This document shows positions 55,973-64,000 of a stretch of 64,000 nucleotides of DNA, one piece after another. Location: the sequence record SRR9188677_85; one strand, written 5' to 3'. The stretch's first letter is position 1. Each line of letters starts with the position of its first letter. A program made the position numbers and the translations under genes. The notes below the pieces were generated by a model, which worked only from the letters and a program-made list of their open reading frames with translations, was not told the origin of the DNA and ran no database searches.

Positions 55973-56344
55973 TCATTTAAGTTTTTCTGTCGATTGGAAG
56001 ATAGAAACTTTGTTTCGCGATCCATTTTGACTTACTGTAGCTTGGTTAAGCATTCCCGATTGGTTGATAAACACTGAGTAATGCCCTGTTGCGGAAAGCG
56101 AATCGATTGTCTTAGCGTCTTTTACAATAACACGGTTTCCAGCAACATCCGTAATTTCTAAGTGCTCTGCTTTTGAGGCGGGTTGTCTTCTGTTTTGATC
56201 GTATACGATTATACTGTTATGGCGTCCTGTTTGGTTCACTTCCAGCGACCCGTTCCTTTTTGTTACTTCAGGCATCTGATTTTGACCGACTACCAAGCTG
56301 GAAGCGAACATTGCAGGAATAAAAAAAAGGGAAAAATATTTCAT
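55973..56344 (-). CDS. Exported protein with degenerate curlin repeats
   Basis: VNQTGRHN, INQSGMLNQATVSQNGSRNKVSIFQ. Confidence 0.65.
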   Translation of the reverse strand: MKYFSLFFIPAMFASSLVVGQNQMPEVTKRNGSLEVNQTGRHNSIIVYDQNRRQPASKAEHLEITDVAGNRVIVKDAKTIDSLSATGHYSVFINQSGMLNQATVSQNGSRNKVSIFQSTEKLK

Positions 56345-56377
56345 TAGAATCTTTGAGAGAGTGTAAATACTGGTTTT

Positions 56378-56420
56378 AACATCAGGTGCCGGACATTTTA
56401 AAATTCATGCACCTGATGTT
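56378..56420. terminator. 12-bp stem-loop after the csgA-like gene
   Basis: AACATCAGGTGC ... GCACCTGATGTT. Confidence 0.6.
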
Positions 56421-56445
56421 GGCGAAGTCAGGGTTCTAAGCAGTG

Positions 56446-56934
56446 CTAGTTTCTTTGCAAAACATTCGCACCATTTCGCGTTCCAAACTGAACGACTGTT
56501 GAATACTGGTCGTGGTCGTACTGATAAACATTAATGTAGTTGTTTGAACCAGTTTGTGACGACATACTTACATGGTCGTATCCATCCTGTTCGACCTTAA
56601 TCGAATTCATGTAACCATTTTGATAGGCAAAGTCACTACCTACGCCCCCAACATAGTTGTCATGGCCTTTTTGAGTCGCGTCCAGTCTGTTTCCTTCTCC
56701 ATATTGATCAAGACCAACCCAGTTGTCTTCGCCAATTTGATTAACAAAGGCTTCGTTTCTATACGTATTCCAGGCGTTTCCGGTTTGGTATAGGTGGGCT
56801 GTATTCCACTCTCCCTGCTGTTTTACATCCGCAAGGTTATTATCCCAGGCTTGTTGGATAAAAGATTCGTTGTCCTGGGCATAAAGGCTGATAGACAATA
56901 ATCCGGCGACGATGGTAAGCACTAGTTTTTTCAT
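56446..56934 (-). CDS. Major curlin subunit, CsgA-like
   Basis: Signal MKKLVLTIVAGLLSISLYAQ; repeated N-x5-Q-x-G half-repeats; start moved to ATG 56934. Confidence 0.85.
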   Translation of the reverse strand: MKKLVLTIVAGLLSISLYAQDNESFIQQAWDNNLADVKQQGEWNTAHLYQTGNAWNTYRNEAFVNQIGEDNWVGLDQYGEGNRLDATQKGHDNYVGGVGSDFAYQNGYMNSIKVEQDGYDHVSMSSQTGSNNYINVYQYDHDQYSTVVQFGTRNGANVLQRN

Positions 56935-57521
56935 GATAAAAAGAATTTTAGCAAAGGTTTGAAAATATGTGAACTGTTTAAAGAAGGGATGGTCCCGCAA
57001 AATGTCATTCCCTGACAATGCCACTTATTGAAGACCAGCCTTCTTTCCCCATGAGTCGAAATCCATCTTCGATTCTCCCAATTAAATATTTGAATGTTCT
57101 TATAGTATTTTTTTAAATCGTTGATTATTAGTATCTTGTAAATGCTGAATACGTAGATTTACGTTCTATTTAGGGTGTTTTTCCCGTGCGTATACGAGAT
57201 TTTGAAGTGGATTGTGTTGAAGGATGTCTTGTTCTCTGCGTTTAGTAAAGTCCTGATGACGGATCGATCCTATGTCCAAAGAGTATTGAAAACCGTTGCC
57301 GTTAAATAAGTTTTGACTACAAAACCTGAGAGAATTGAAGACAGAAATCTTAATTCTTTTACATTTGGATTGGTAGTAATGACAGAATCTTAATTCGATG
57401 TGCGGTTTTTACAAACAGTGTACCCCTGACCACTGCTTTTTGTAAAAATTGGCACTGCCATTTTGTGAATTCGCAAGACGGCGCTTCATATGTAAACCAC
57501 TCAAACTAATCTTCACATTCT

Positions 57522-58100
57522 ATGCTTAACATCGGTAAAGTCGATCCAATGGACGACCAACAGTTGGTCGCGGCGGTTCTAAAAGGGGGAACTGACAAAG
57601 AGAATTCTGTAAAAAGGATTATCTCAGATCATCAAGGGTACATCTTTAAGCTTCACATCAAAACCCATGTCAATCTTGGCATACTGAAAGACATTTACAC
57701 CGACACGGTGCTTGTGGTCATAAGCCGAATTGAAAAGGGAACCTTCAAAGGAGAGAGCAAGCTATCAACCTATCTCTATCAGGTATTTTATTTTAAAACG
57801 ATCGATTTTATCCGGAAAGCCAGTACGGAGAAGCTTGTGTATCTCGACACTGTACCAGATGACCATGACAGCGGACACAACATTGAGCGGAACTTAGAAG
57901 TCAGCGATGAGGCTCGCAAATTGCTGGATGTTATCAATACAATGTGTCCACCTTGTCGGCAGATCATCCTTGACTGGGGATATTGGGGTTACTCCGCAGA
58001 GGAAATAGCCGCTCGGATAAATGAGAATAATCCAGCCAAGTTCTCCCGGCTGAAATATTCTTGCATTGAGAAACTTAAAAAGTTATGGGTTGATATTTAG
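57522..58100 (+). CDS. ECF sigma factor, divergent from the curli operon, no adjacent anti-sigma
   Basis: DQQLVAAV, FKGESKLSTYLYQV, CRQIILDWGYWGYSAEEIA...KYSCIEKLKK. Confidence 0.88.
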   Translation: MLNIGKVDPMDDQQLVAAVLKGGTDKENSVKRIISDHQGYIFKLHIKTHVNLGILKDIYTDTVLVVISRIEKGTFKGESKLSTYLYQVFYFKTIDFIRKASTEKLVYLDTVPDDHDSGHNIERNLEVSDEARKLLDVINTMCPPCRQIILDWGYWGYSAEEIAARINENNPAKFSRLKYSCIEKLKKLWVDI

Positions 58101-58248
58101 CGTTTTTGGAGTAAGGAAATTCCTGGTACCAGACTGTAACTATCGTTTAGAATTCCTGGCCTTTGTTATAGGAAGTGGGCTAGTTGAAAGTAGACCACTA
58201 AGCTCAGCGGAAAAAGTTATAAGCCAATCGCTGACAGCTGAAAGCTAG

Positions 58249-59004
58249 CTAAAGCGTCGACATTCCGCCGTCAATAATTAGTTCAGTTCCAAGTACAAAT
58301 GTGGATTCATCGGAAGCGAAGTAAAGCACGGCTTTGGCCACTTCCTTAGCTTTTCCAAAACGACCAACCGGAATTTGGCTTTTAATGCCTTCGCCCATTT
58401 GACGATGTTGTTCATCAGTGATTCCAAATTTCGCTGCACTGTGCAGCGGCGTGGCGATAGGGCCAGGGCTTACGGCGTTAACTCTTATTTTTCGTGGCAA
58501 TAATTCAGCCGATAGGTTTTTGGCGAGACTTAACAAAGCTGCTTTGGATGCGGCGTAAACACTGGCGCCAGGCATTCCCACATGTGCGTTTATGGAGGCA
58601 TTTAAAATGATTGACCCACCGTCGTTAATCAAAGGCAGAAGTGCTTGAATAGTGAAGTACGCGCCTTTGAAATTAGCGTTCATCAGCTTGTCAAAAAAAT
58701 CTTCACTAGTCTGGTCGATGGGAGCAAACTGGGCGATTCCGGCATTGACGAAAAGGACGTCAATTTTAGGCGAAATATCTGTAACCTTCTGAGCAAGCAC
58801 ACTTATGTCTTGCAAGTTGCTGGCATCAGAAACAATGCCGAATGCATTTGCACCCAATTCAGCAGCAGCCGTGGCATTGGCTTCCGGATTTCTTCCTGTG
58901 AAAATAACCTTCGCGCCCTGGCTAATAAATTCTTTCGCTGTAGCAAAGCCAATTCCACTATTTCCACCTGTGATAACTGCAACCTTATTTTCTAAACGAT
59001 TCAT
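58249..59004 (-). CDS. Short-chain dehydrogenase/reductase
   Basis: TGGNSGIG, VNAG, YAASK, VNAVSPG, IDGG. Confidence 0.96.
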   Translation of the reverse strand: MNRLENKVAVITGGNSGIGFATAKEFISQGAKVIFTGRNPEANATAAAELGANAFGIVSDASNLQDISVLAQKVTDISPKIDVLFVNAGIAQFAPIDQTSEDFFDKLMNANFKGAYFTIQALLPLINDGGSIILNASINAHVGMPGASVYAASKAALLSLAKNLSAELLPRKIRVNAVSPGPIATPLHSAAKFGITDEQHRQMGEGIKSQIPVGRFGKAKEVAKAVLYFASDESTFVLGTELIIDGGMSTL

Positions 59005-59029
59005 GATTTCCCGTGCTTTTTATTTATTT

Positions 59030-59077
59030 TGTAATGATCGATACAAAACTAATCATAATTATTTAATGATCATTACA
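59030..59077. promoter_or_regulatory. Two TetR-type operators (TGTAATGATCGATACA and TTTAATGATCATTACA)
   Basis: Near-palindromes; a third copy lies upstream of tetR. Confidence 0.7.
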
Positions 59078-59092
59078 AAAACGAAAATAACG

Positions 59093-59671
59093 TTAAATAT
59101 TTTTTATTGCGAATTCCAGAGTGCTATCCAGAAATGCGCTGTCGGAGTTGGTGGAAGCCACAACACGTACGCCCATAATGGTTGTGAACAGATACATAGC
59201 CAAAATCTCGGGATCAGTTTTTGAAGATATTTCTCCGGATTGCTGGCCCCTTGTAATTAATGCTGACAAGATCGAGCGTACATTTTTTTCATTTTGAATA
59301 GCCACCTGTAAGACCTGCTCATCCTGATTGGCTAGTTCAGTTACCGTATTTACCATAAAGCAACCTTTGCGATCAGGGTCGTTGAGCGTATCGGCAACGA
59401 GCGCTTTAAGTAACGTTGCAATAATCTCTCTGACAGGGATTTCCTGCTCGGATAAGGTTTTCATCCAGTCAAGCTGAGAAACCAGATAATTGTTTAGCGA
59501 AGCCATGAAAAGCTTGTGTTTGTCTCCGTAGGTATCGTATAAGCTTGGCGCATTGATACTCATCGCGCTCACAAGGTCTGACATGGAGGTCCCTGAATAA
59601 CCTTTTTTCCAAAAGACCTTTAATGCCTTTTGTAAGGTCTCTGCCTCATCAAATTTCTTGGGACGTGCCAT
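59093..59671 (-). CDS. TetR/AcrR family regulator
   Basis: MARPKKFD..L.KA..VFW.KGY.GTS..DL...SLY.TYGDK; GCFMVN. Confidence 0.95.
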   Translation of the reverse strand: MARPKKFDEAETLQKALKVFWKKGYSGTSMSDLVSAMSINAPSLYDTYGDKHKLFMASLNNYLVSQLDWMKTLSEQEIPVREIIATLLKALVADTLNDPDRKGCFMVNTVTELANQDEQVLQVAIQNEKNVRSILSALITRGQQSGEISSKTDPEILAMYLFTTIMGVRVVASTNSDSAFLDSTLEFAIKNI

Positions 59672-59681
59672 AATACGGTTT

Positions 59682-59697
59682 TGTAATGTTCATTATA
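59682..59697. promoter_or_regulatory. TetR autoregulatory operator TGTAATGTTCATTATA
   Basis: Matches the two sites upstream of the SDR gene. Confidence 0.65.
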
Positions 59698-60007
59698 TTA
59701 AACAAAACTTTTATTTTTTTGTTCAAAATCTAAAATTGGTATGAGCAGTTACATGAGAAGTGGTCAAAAATTCAGGTACTAATACAACAAATGATTCAAA
59801 TTAGTATTTAACTGCATGGCTTTTTTAGCGAACTTATGGTTTAGCAGCAACCGAATTTGACAGTTTTAGAGAATAAATACTATTATAATTTGAATTAAGC
59901 ATGTATTACCGGATATTTGACGTTATAATCAAATAAAACAGAGTGATCTAACCTTTTTGGTATGATTTTTACTCACTTATATATCTCAGGAATTCACGCT
60001 ACTTTTT

Positions 60008-60574
60008 ATGCAAACTCTCAAAATGATGGCCGCTGCGATGTTGATATCCAGTGCTTCAATTGCGCAAAATACAACACAGCCGGCGCCGCAAGCCTCGCAG
60101 CAGCCCGCCGCCACTACGAGTACTACGCAAACACAGACTTACCAGACCGCTCCAAGACCTACTTCCAGTCCGTTATACAGATCCGCTACGCAACCTGTTC
60201 AAGTTCCAGCGGGACAAGTTCCGCGAGCAAATGCCGCTCAGGATGCCGGCTTGTCAGCACCTGCCGGAGCGGTTGCACCGGGTACACAGGAGATTTACGA
60301 GCAAAGTTCCGTCGAGCAAACTCCTGTAAATGCACAGACTGGAGTTGATCCGCAAACCGGGCTTCCGTATGTCAACACAGGGCAGACGCAACAATATATC
60401 AATAGCGAATCGACTACCGTACAGTCTAGCCAGCCGGTCAATACTGGCCAGGTGCCTAAGGCTTATACCAATACGACGACGCAGCTTCCTTTCAGCCAGT
60501 ATCAGCCGAAGCCGACGGGTCGAATTGCGCCGGAAGGGGTAAGACCAAATTCGGCTCCAAGGAGAGTTCGGTAG
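60008..60574 (+). CDS. Exported low-complexity Gln/Thr/Pro-rich protein
   Basis: Signal peptide ending SIAQ; followed by a strong terminator. Confidence 0.75.
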   Translation: MQTLKMMAAAMLISSASIAQNTTQPAPQASQQPAATTSTTQTQTYQTAPRPTSSPLYRSATQPVQVPAGQVPRANAAQDAGLSAPAGAVAPGTQEIYEQSSVEQTPVNAQTGVDPQTGLPYVNTGQTQQYINSESTTVQSSQPVNTGQVPKAYTNTTTQLPFSQYQPKPTGRIAPEGVRPNSAPRRVR

Positions 60575-60600
60575 CCGTTTCATATATAATTAGTTTCTGG

Positions 60601-60632
60601 AACCTCCATATCACTTGATATGGAGGTTTTTT
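60601..60632 (+). terminator. Intrinsic terminator
   Basis: AACCTCCATATCA-CT-TGATATGGAGGTT followed by a T run. Confidence 0.85.
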
Positions 60633-60734
60633 ATGCTTGTAAAAAAGCATTTTACGGTTAATAGGAAGCGTTCGGTTTTAGAAACCGATTCGTAAAAATT
60701 TATCACGAGATAAACTTCATCCCACCAGCCAGCC

Positions 60735-61700
60735 TCATTGTTTCCATGTCTCTCGCTTCCACAATTCACGCTGATCCTTACTTAAAAATGTCCAGGCGAC
60801 GATGCGGCTTACTTTTTGTCCCTGTTCCATTTCAATCGTTCGGACATCGCTTGCCTGTGCTAGTTTCAAGGATTGATACAAACGTGGCAGTGTGGTTTTT
60901 TTGGAAACCAAGGAAGTAAACCACAAACATTGATTGGCAATGTCCTTACTTTGGTCAACCATCTTATTCAGAAACACACTTTCACCTCCCGGGTACCACA
61001 GCTCAGCATTCTGACCGCCAAAGTTTAGAGCCTGCTTTTGGTGAGAGTATTGTTGTCCTAAATTTTTCCATTTGCGTTTGGTTCCCTCCATTGCTTCACG
61101 TAATGAGGCATGAAACGGCGGATTACACATCGTAAAATCGAATTTTTCCGTTGGTGAGACAATTCCTTTGAAGATATTAGAGGAATCGATTTGCAAACGG
61201 CATTCAACAAATGGCGTGATTGAAAAGTTTGCATTTATAATTCGCCGGGCAGATTCAATAGCCCTGGAGTCAACGTCCGATCCTATAAATGACCAGCCGT
61301 AGCTTTGGTGTCCGATAATCGGGTACACACAGTTTGCACCCATCCCAATGTCAAGTCCCTTTATATAGCTTCCGGTCGGAACGCTTTTCCCATCTGCCAG
61401 AAGATCAGCCAAATAGTGAATGTAATCGGCACGGCCGGGGATTGGTGGACAAAGGTAGTTTGGCGGAATATCCCAGTATTGTATTTTGTAAAAATGTTTG
61501 AGAATTGCCTTGTTAAGTACTTTTACAGCATCCGGATTTGTAAAATCTATCGATTCGTTTCCGTATTTATTGATACCAACATACTTTTTGAGTTCAATTG
61601 TACCTTTGATCAAAGCTTTGAAATCGTACTGAAAACGGTGGAGATTTCTGGGGTGAAGTGTTGTTTTTTCGGAGGAAGCAGCGACTGGTTTAGTTGGCAT
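60735..61700 (-). CDS. rlmF: 23S rRNA (adenine1618-N6)-methyltransferase
   Basis: LHPRN, LCPPIPGRADYIH, LDIGMGANCVYP, MCNPPFH, LNFGGQ..ELW, MEQGQKVSR. Confidence 0.95.
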   Translation of the reverse strand: MPTKPVAASSEKTTLHPRNLHRFQYDFKALIKGTIELKKYVGINKYGNESIDFTNPDAVKVLNKAILKHFYKIQYWDIPPNYLCPPIPGRADYIHYLADLLADGKSVPTGSYIKGLDIGMGANCVYPIIGHQSYGWSFIGSDVDSRAIESARRIINANFSITPFVECRLQIDSSNIFKGIVSPTEKFDFTMCNPPFHASLREAMEGTKRKWKNLGQQYSHQKQALNFGGQNAELWYPGGESVFLNKMVDQSKDIANQCLWFTSLVSKKTTLPRLYQSLKLAQASDVRTIEMEQGQKVSRIVAWTFLSKDQRELWKRETWKQ

Positions 61701-61989
61701 TTTCAAATTCAGATTGATAGGAGTTCAAAACATCCAATGCAGTTTCCCAATGTAGGCTATCGTCCTCTTTCTCTATTAACGAATGGTTTGTGATTTTGTC
61801 AAAATTCTCACAGAACGCTTTGAAATCAAAGGCATATTTTTGCTCAAAGAAATCGGTTTTGCTTTTATAATAGGCTATTTTCTGTTGCAGTATATTTTTG
61901 GCCTGTTCTCGTGCAAAGTGCTGAACAGTGGTATAGCCCCAGGATTGAACGGTGCGATCGAGAGCGGAAGTGTCTTCAAGTAATTCCAT
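61690..61989 (-). CDS. Small helical protein resembling type II antitoxins (FE.KY..DF..F...DD...WE)
   Basis: Sequence pattern recognised by eye; overlaps the rlmF start. Confidence 0.5.
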   Translation of the reverse strand: MELLEDTSALDRTVQSWGYTTVQHFAREQAKNILQQKIAYYKSKTDFFEQKYAFDFKAFCENFDKITNHSLIEKEDDSLHWETALDVLNSYQSEFENAN

Positions 61990-62107
61990 TTGTAAAAAAA
62001 ATTGTCTGAAATAAAGTTAAAGAAAAAACAGGATATGGCCTAAACTTGGTAAACTGCACCGATACTTCCTTAATTTGAAAAAATTAAAATTTTCTACAAA
62101 ACCCTAC

Positions 62108-62123
62108 TGACATACTGCTGTCA
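62108..62123. promoter_or_regulatory. TGACA-N6-TGTCA palindrome, putative WYL/YafY-family regulator site
   Basis: Perfect inverted repeat about 60 bp upstream of the dinB-family gene. Confidence 0.55.
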
Positions 62124-62181
62124 CTGCTCCGTGTTTGCTTTGTAATGTAAAACAAATAGAAACATTCAAATTCTGAAAACA

Positions 62182-62700
62182 ATGGAAACGAACGTCACAG
62201 CACCAGCAACGGAAAGCGCCGTAGTAATCACGCCAGCTGCTTTATTGGATCATTGGCAAGCTCACCGCCGCCTTACAAGAAGGACAATTGAATCTTTTCC
62301 GGAGCAGGAGTTTTATAATTTTTCGATCGGAGGGATGAGGACTTTTGCAGGGTTGACTATGGAAATGCTTGATCTTGCTGGCCCGGGAGTACGTGGACTG
62401 GCTACCGGAAAGTGGTCGGGATATGGTGAGTCCGGCGATAACACGCATACAGAGGCGCCCACTTCCAAAGCAGGAGTACTTGCGGCTTGGGACGCGATGA
62501 CAAGCCAGATCGATGAATTCTGGTCTCAGATTAGCCCTGAGAGATTTCAGGAAGTTGAGGTTGCATTCGGGCAGTATGAAAATCCAAATTATGCAACGCT
62601 GCTTTATTTGATCGATAATGAAATTCACCATCGCGGACAGGGTTACGTTTATCTTCGGGCACTGGGCATTGAGCCGCCAGCTTTCTGGGACAGAAGTTAA
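62182..62700 (+). CDS. DinB family protein
   Basis: HRRLTRR.IE.FP, GGMRTF, DNEIHHRGQGYVYLRALGIEPP. Confidence 0.92.
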   Translation: METNVTAPATESAVVITPAALLDHWQAHRRLTRRTIESFPEQEFYNFSIGGMRTFAGLTMEMLDLAGPGVRGLATGKWSGYGESGDNTHTEAPTSKAGVLAAWDAMTSQIDEFWSQISPERFQEVEVAFGQYENPNYATLLYLIDNEIHHRGQGYVYLRALGIEPPAFWDRS

Positions 62701-62721
62701 ACAGAACATATGAAGGTTGTT

Positions 62722-62768
62722 AACAGGCAGTGCAGCGAATTTTTGTCAGCTGCACTGCCTGTTTTTGT
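62722..62768 (+). terminator. Intrinsic terminator
   Basis: AACAGGCAGTGCAGC ... GCTGCACTGCCTGTT followed by a T run. Confidence 0.8.
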
Positions 62769-62892
62769 TTGGTAAAATGATCTGCAAACCTGATAGAACC
62801 GTTTAGTAGATTCTGCAACAGATTCTTTGAAAACCTGAAAACGTTTTGTAGATTTTGGTTAGCTACCGATGCTCCAACCAAAATCAAATGAT

Positions 62893-63987
62893 ATGTGCAA
62901 GCATTCATCTTACAATCCGATACAATGCATTATACCGCCATACATAAGCGATAAGCTTCTGGATGAGGCTAGTCCTAGAAAACTCCCTGCTGTGTTAAAC
63001 TCGGAATTGAGAAATAATCGATTTCGAAATGATCGGGCTTTCTTTTCCAAATTAAATGAAACGCAGCGATCTGTACTTGTTCCGGCGGAAAAGGCTTTGA
63101 AGACGCCGACTATGAAAATGCAGGTTTATGATATGAAACACGATACAGTGCTCAGTCATGCAAAACTGGTTTGGAGTAATGGAAAAGCAAAGGTCCCGAC
63201 GCCGGACAAGGATACTAAAAATGTGGTAGCGGCAGGCACCGCGACCTGGGATTTGTACTACCAGATTTTCGGACGCAATTCTGTCAATAACCTTGGACTG
63301 ACGCTGAAGCACTACATTCACTACGACAACAAATACGATAACGCATTTTGGGACGGAAGGCGAATGGTTTATGGCGATGGTGACGGTAAAATCTTCGGTA
63401 GCTTTACGGCTGATCCGGATATAATCGGACACGAACTAACACATGGTGTGACGCAGTACGAAGCCAATCTGGATTACCACAATCAGAGCGGAGCACTCAA
63501 TGAATCGATGTCCGATGTATTCGGTATTATGATTAAGCAGCGTATGATGAATCTGGATGTTAAGAAATCAAAATGGCTGATTGGAGAAAACGTACTAAAA
63601 GGCGCTAAGTACGCGCTTCGTAGCATGAAGGCACCGGGTACTGCTTATGTTGATCATCCTGATTTGGGAACAGACCCGCAGCCTGCTACTTTCGATAACT
63701 ATATGGCGCTGGCAGATACTGAGCGCGGAGACTGGGGCGGCGTGCATATTAACTCGGGAATTACCAATTTCGCATTCTACGTAACTGCTTTCAATTTGGG
63801 CGGTTTTTCGTGGGAAAAGGCAGGTCGGATCTGGTATGCTGCACTTACCGATACTGTAAGCCTGACGCCAACTTCTGACTTTTCTGTTTTTAAAGAGCTT
63901 ACCATTAAGAAAGCGGAAGCGATATATGGCGTTGGAAGTTTGGAGGCGAAAGCCGTTGATAATGGGTGGAATGAAGCAAAAGTTTAA
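62893..63987 (+). CDS. M4 family metalloprotease, protealysin-like
   Basis: CIIPPY propeptide motif; YDNAFWDG, GHELTHG, SGALNES.SD, GGVHINSG; no signal peptide. Confidence 0.92.
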   Translation: MCKHSSYNPIQCIIPPYISDKLLDEASPRKLPAVLNSELRNNRFRNDRAFFSKLNETQRSVLVPAEKALKTPTMKMQVYDMKHDTVLSHAKLVWSNGKAKVPTPDKDTKNVVAAGTATWDLYYQIFGRNSVNNLGLTLKHYIHYDNKYDNAFWDGRRMVYGDGDGKIFGSFTADPDIIGHELTHGVTQYEANLDYHNQSGALNESMSDVFGIMIKQRMMNLDVKKSKWLIGENVLKGAKYALRSMKAPGTAYVDHPDLGTDPQPATFDNYMALADTERGDWGGVHINSGITNFAFYVTAFNLGGFSWEKAGRIWYAALTDTVSLTPTSDFSVFKELTIKKAEAIYGVGSLEAKAVDNGWNEAKV

Positions 63988-64000
63988 AAAAGAACGGTAT

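Noticed and set aside
57253-57292. Hammerhead ribozyme (CTGATGA...GAAA)
   Set aside because: The sequence between the two core motifs does not form a stem II closing at GAAA, and no stems I/III were found.
59962-60583. Several overlapping ORFs in alternative frames
   Set aside because: They are a by-product of stop-poor low-complexity coding sequence; only 60008-60574 has a signal peptide and matching terminator.

Overview
A gene-dense 64-kb chromosomal window from a Bacteroidota genome. The gene content (T9SS C-terminal domain, many ECF sigma factors, PadR plus ABC permease, DUF2723) suggests Cytophagales, Dyadobacter/Spirosoma-like; this is inference. I found no rRNA, tRNA, CRISPR array, integrase or transposase. 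Main blocks: (i) an AT-rich HEPN (ApeA-like) gene beside a decayed hicB remnant and a MYG1 nuclease; (ii) about 14 co-oriented small detoxification/ligand-binding genes (VOC x4, DHFR/RibD x2, SRPBCC, GyrI-like, DoxX, DUF1801, YdeI, AlkD-like), whose upstream promoter-like motif matches that of a distant YciI/ECF42-type sigma locus; (iii) assorted regulators and enzymes (MocR, PIN TA pair, GT117, LamG-GH32, Crp-DsrE-DUF1059, PadR-permease, T9SS ELWxxDGT protein); (iv) the best novel-system candidate: an exported TPR-CHAT (caspase-like) protease coupled to an exported M48-TPR metalloprotease, convergent with an ECF sigma plus single-pass anti-sigma pair and divergent from a LytTR-lipoprotein-TolB arm; (v) a curli (csg) operon with a CsgG-beta-barrel fusion and an extra FN3/TolB lipoprotein, divergent from an orphan ECF sigma related to the CHAT-linked sigma; (vi) TetR-SDR, rlmF, dinB with a WYL-type box, and a protealysin-like M4 protease. 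All family calls come from motif recognition by eye; no database searches were run.
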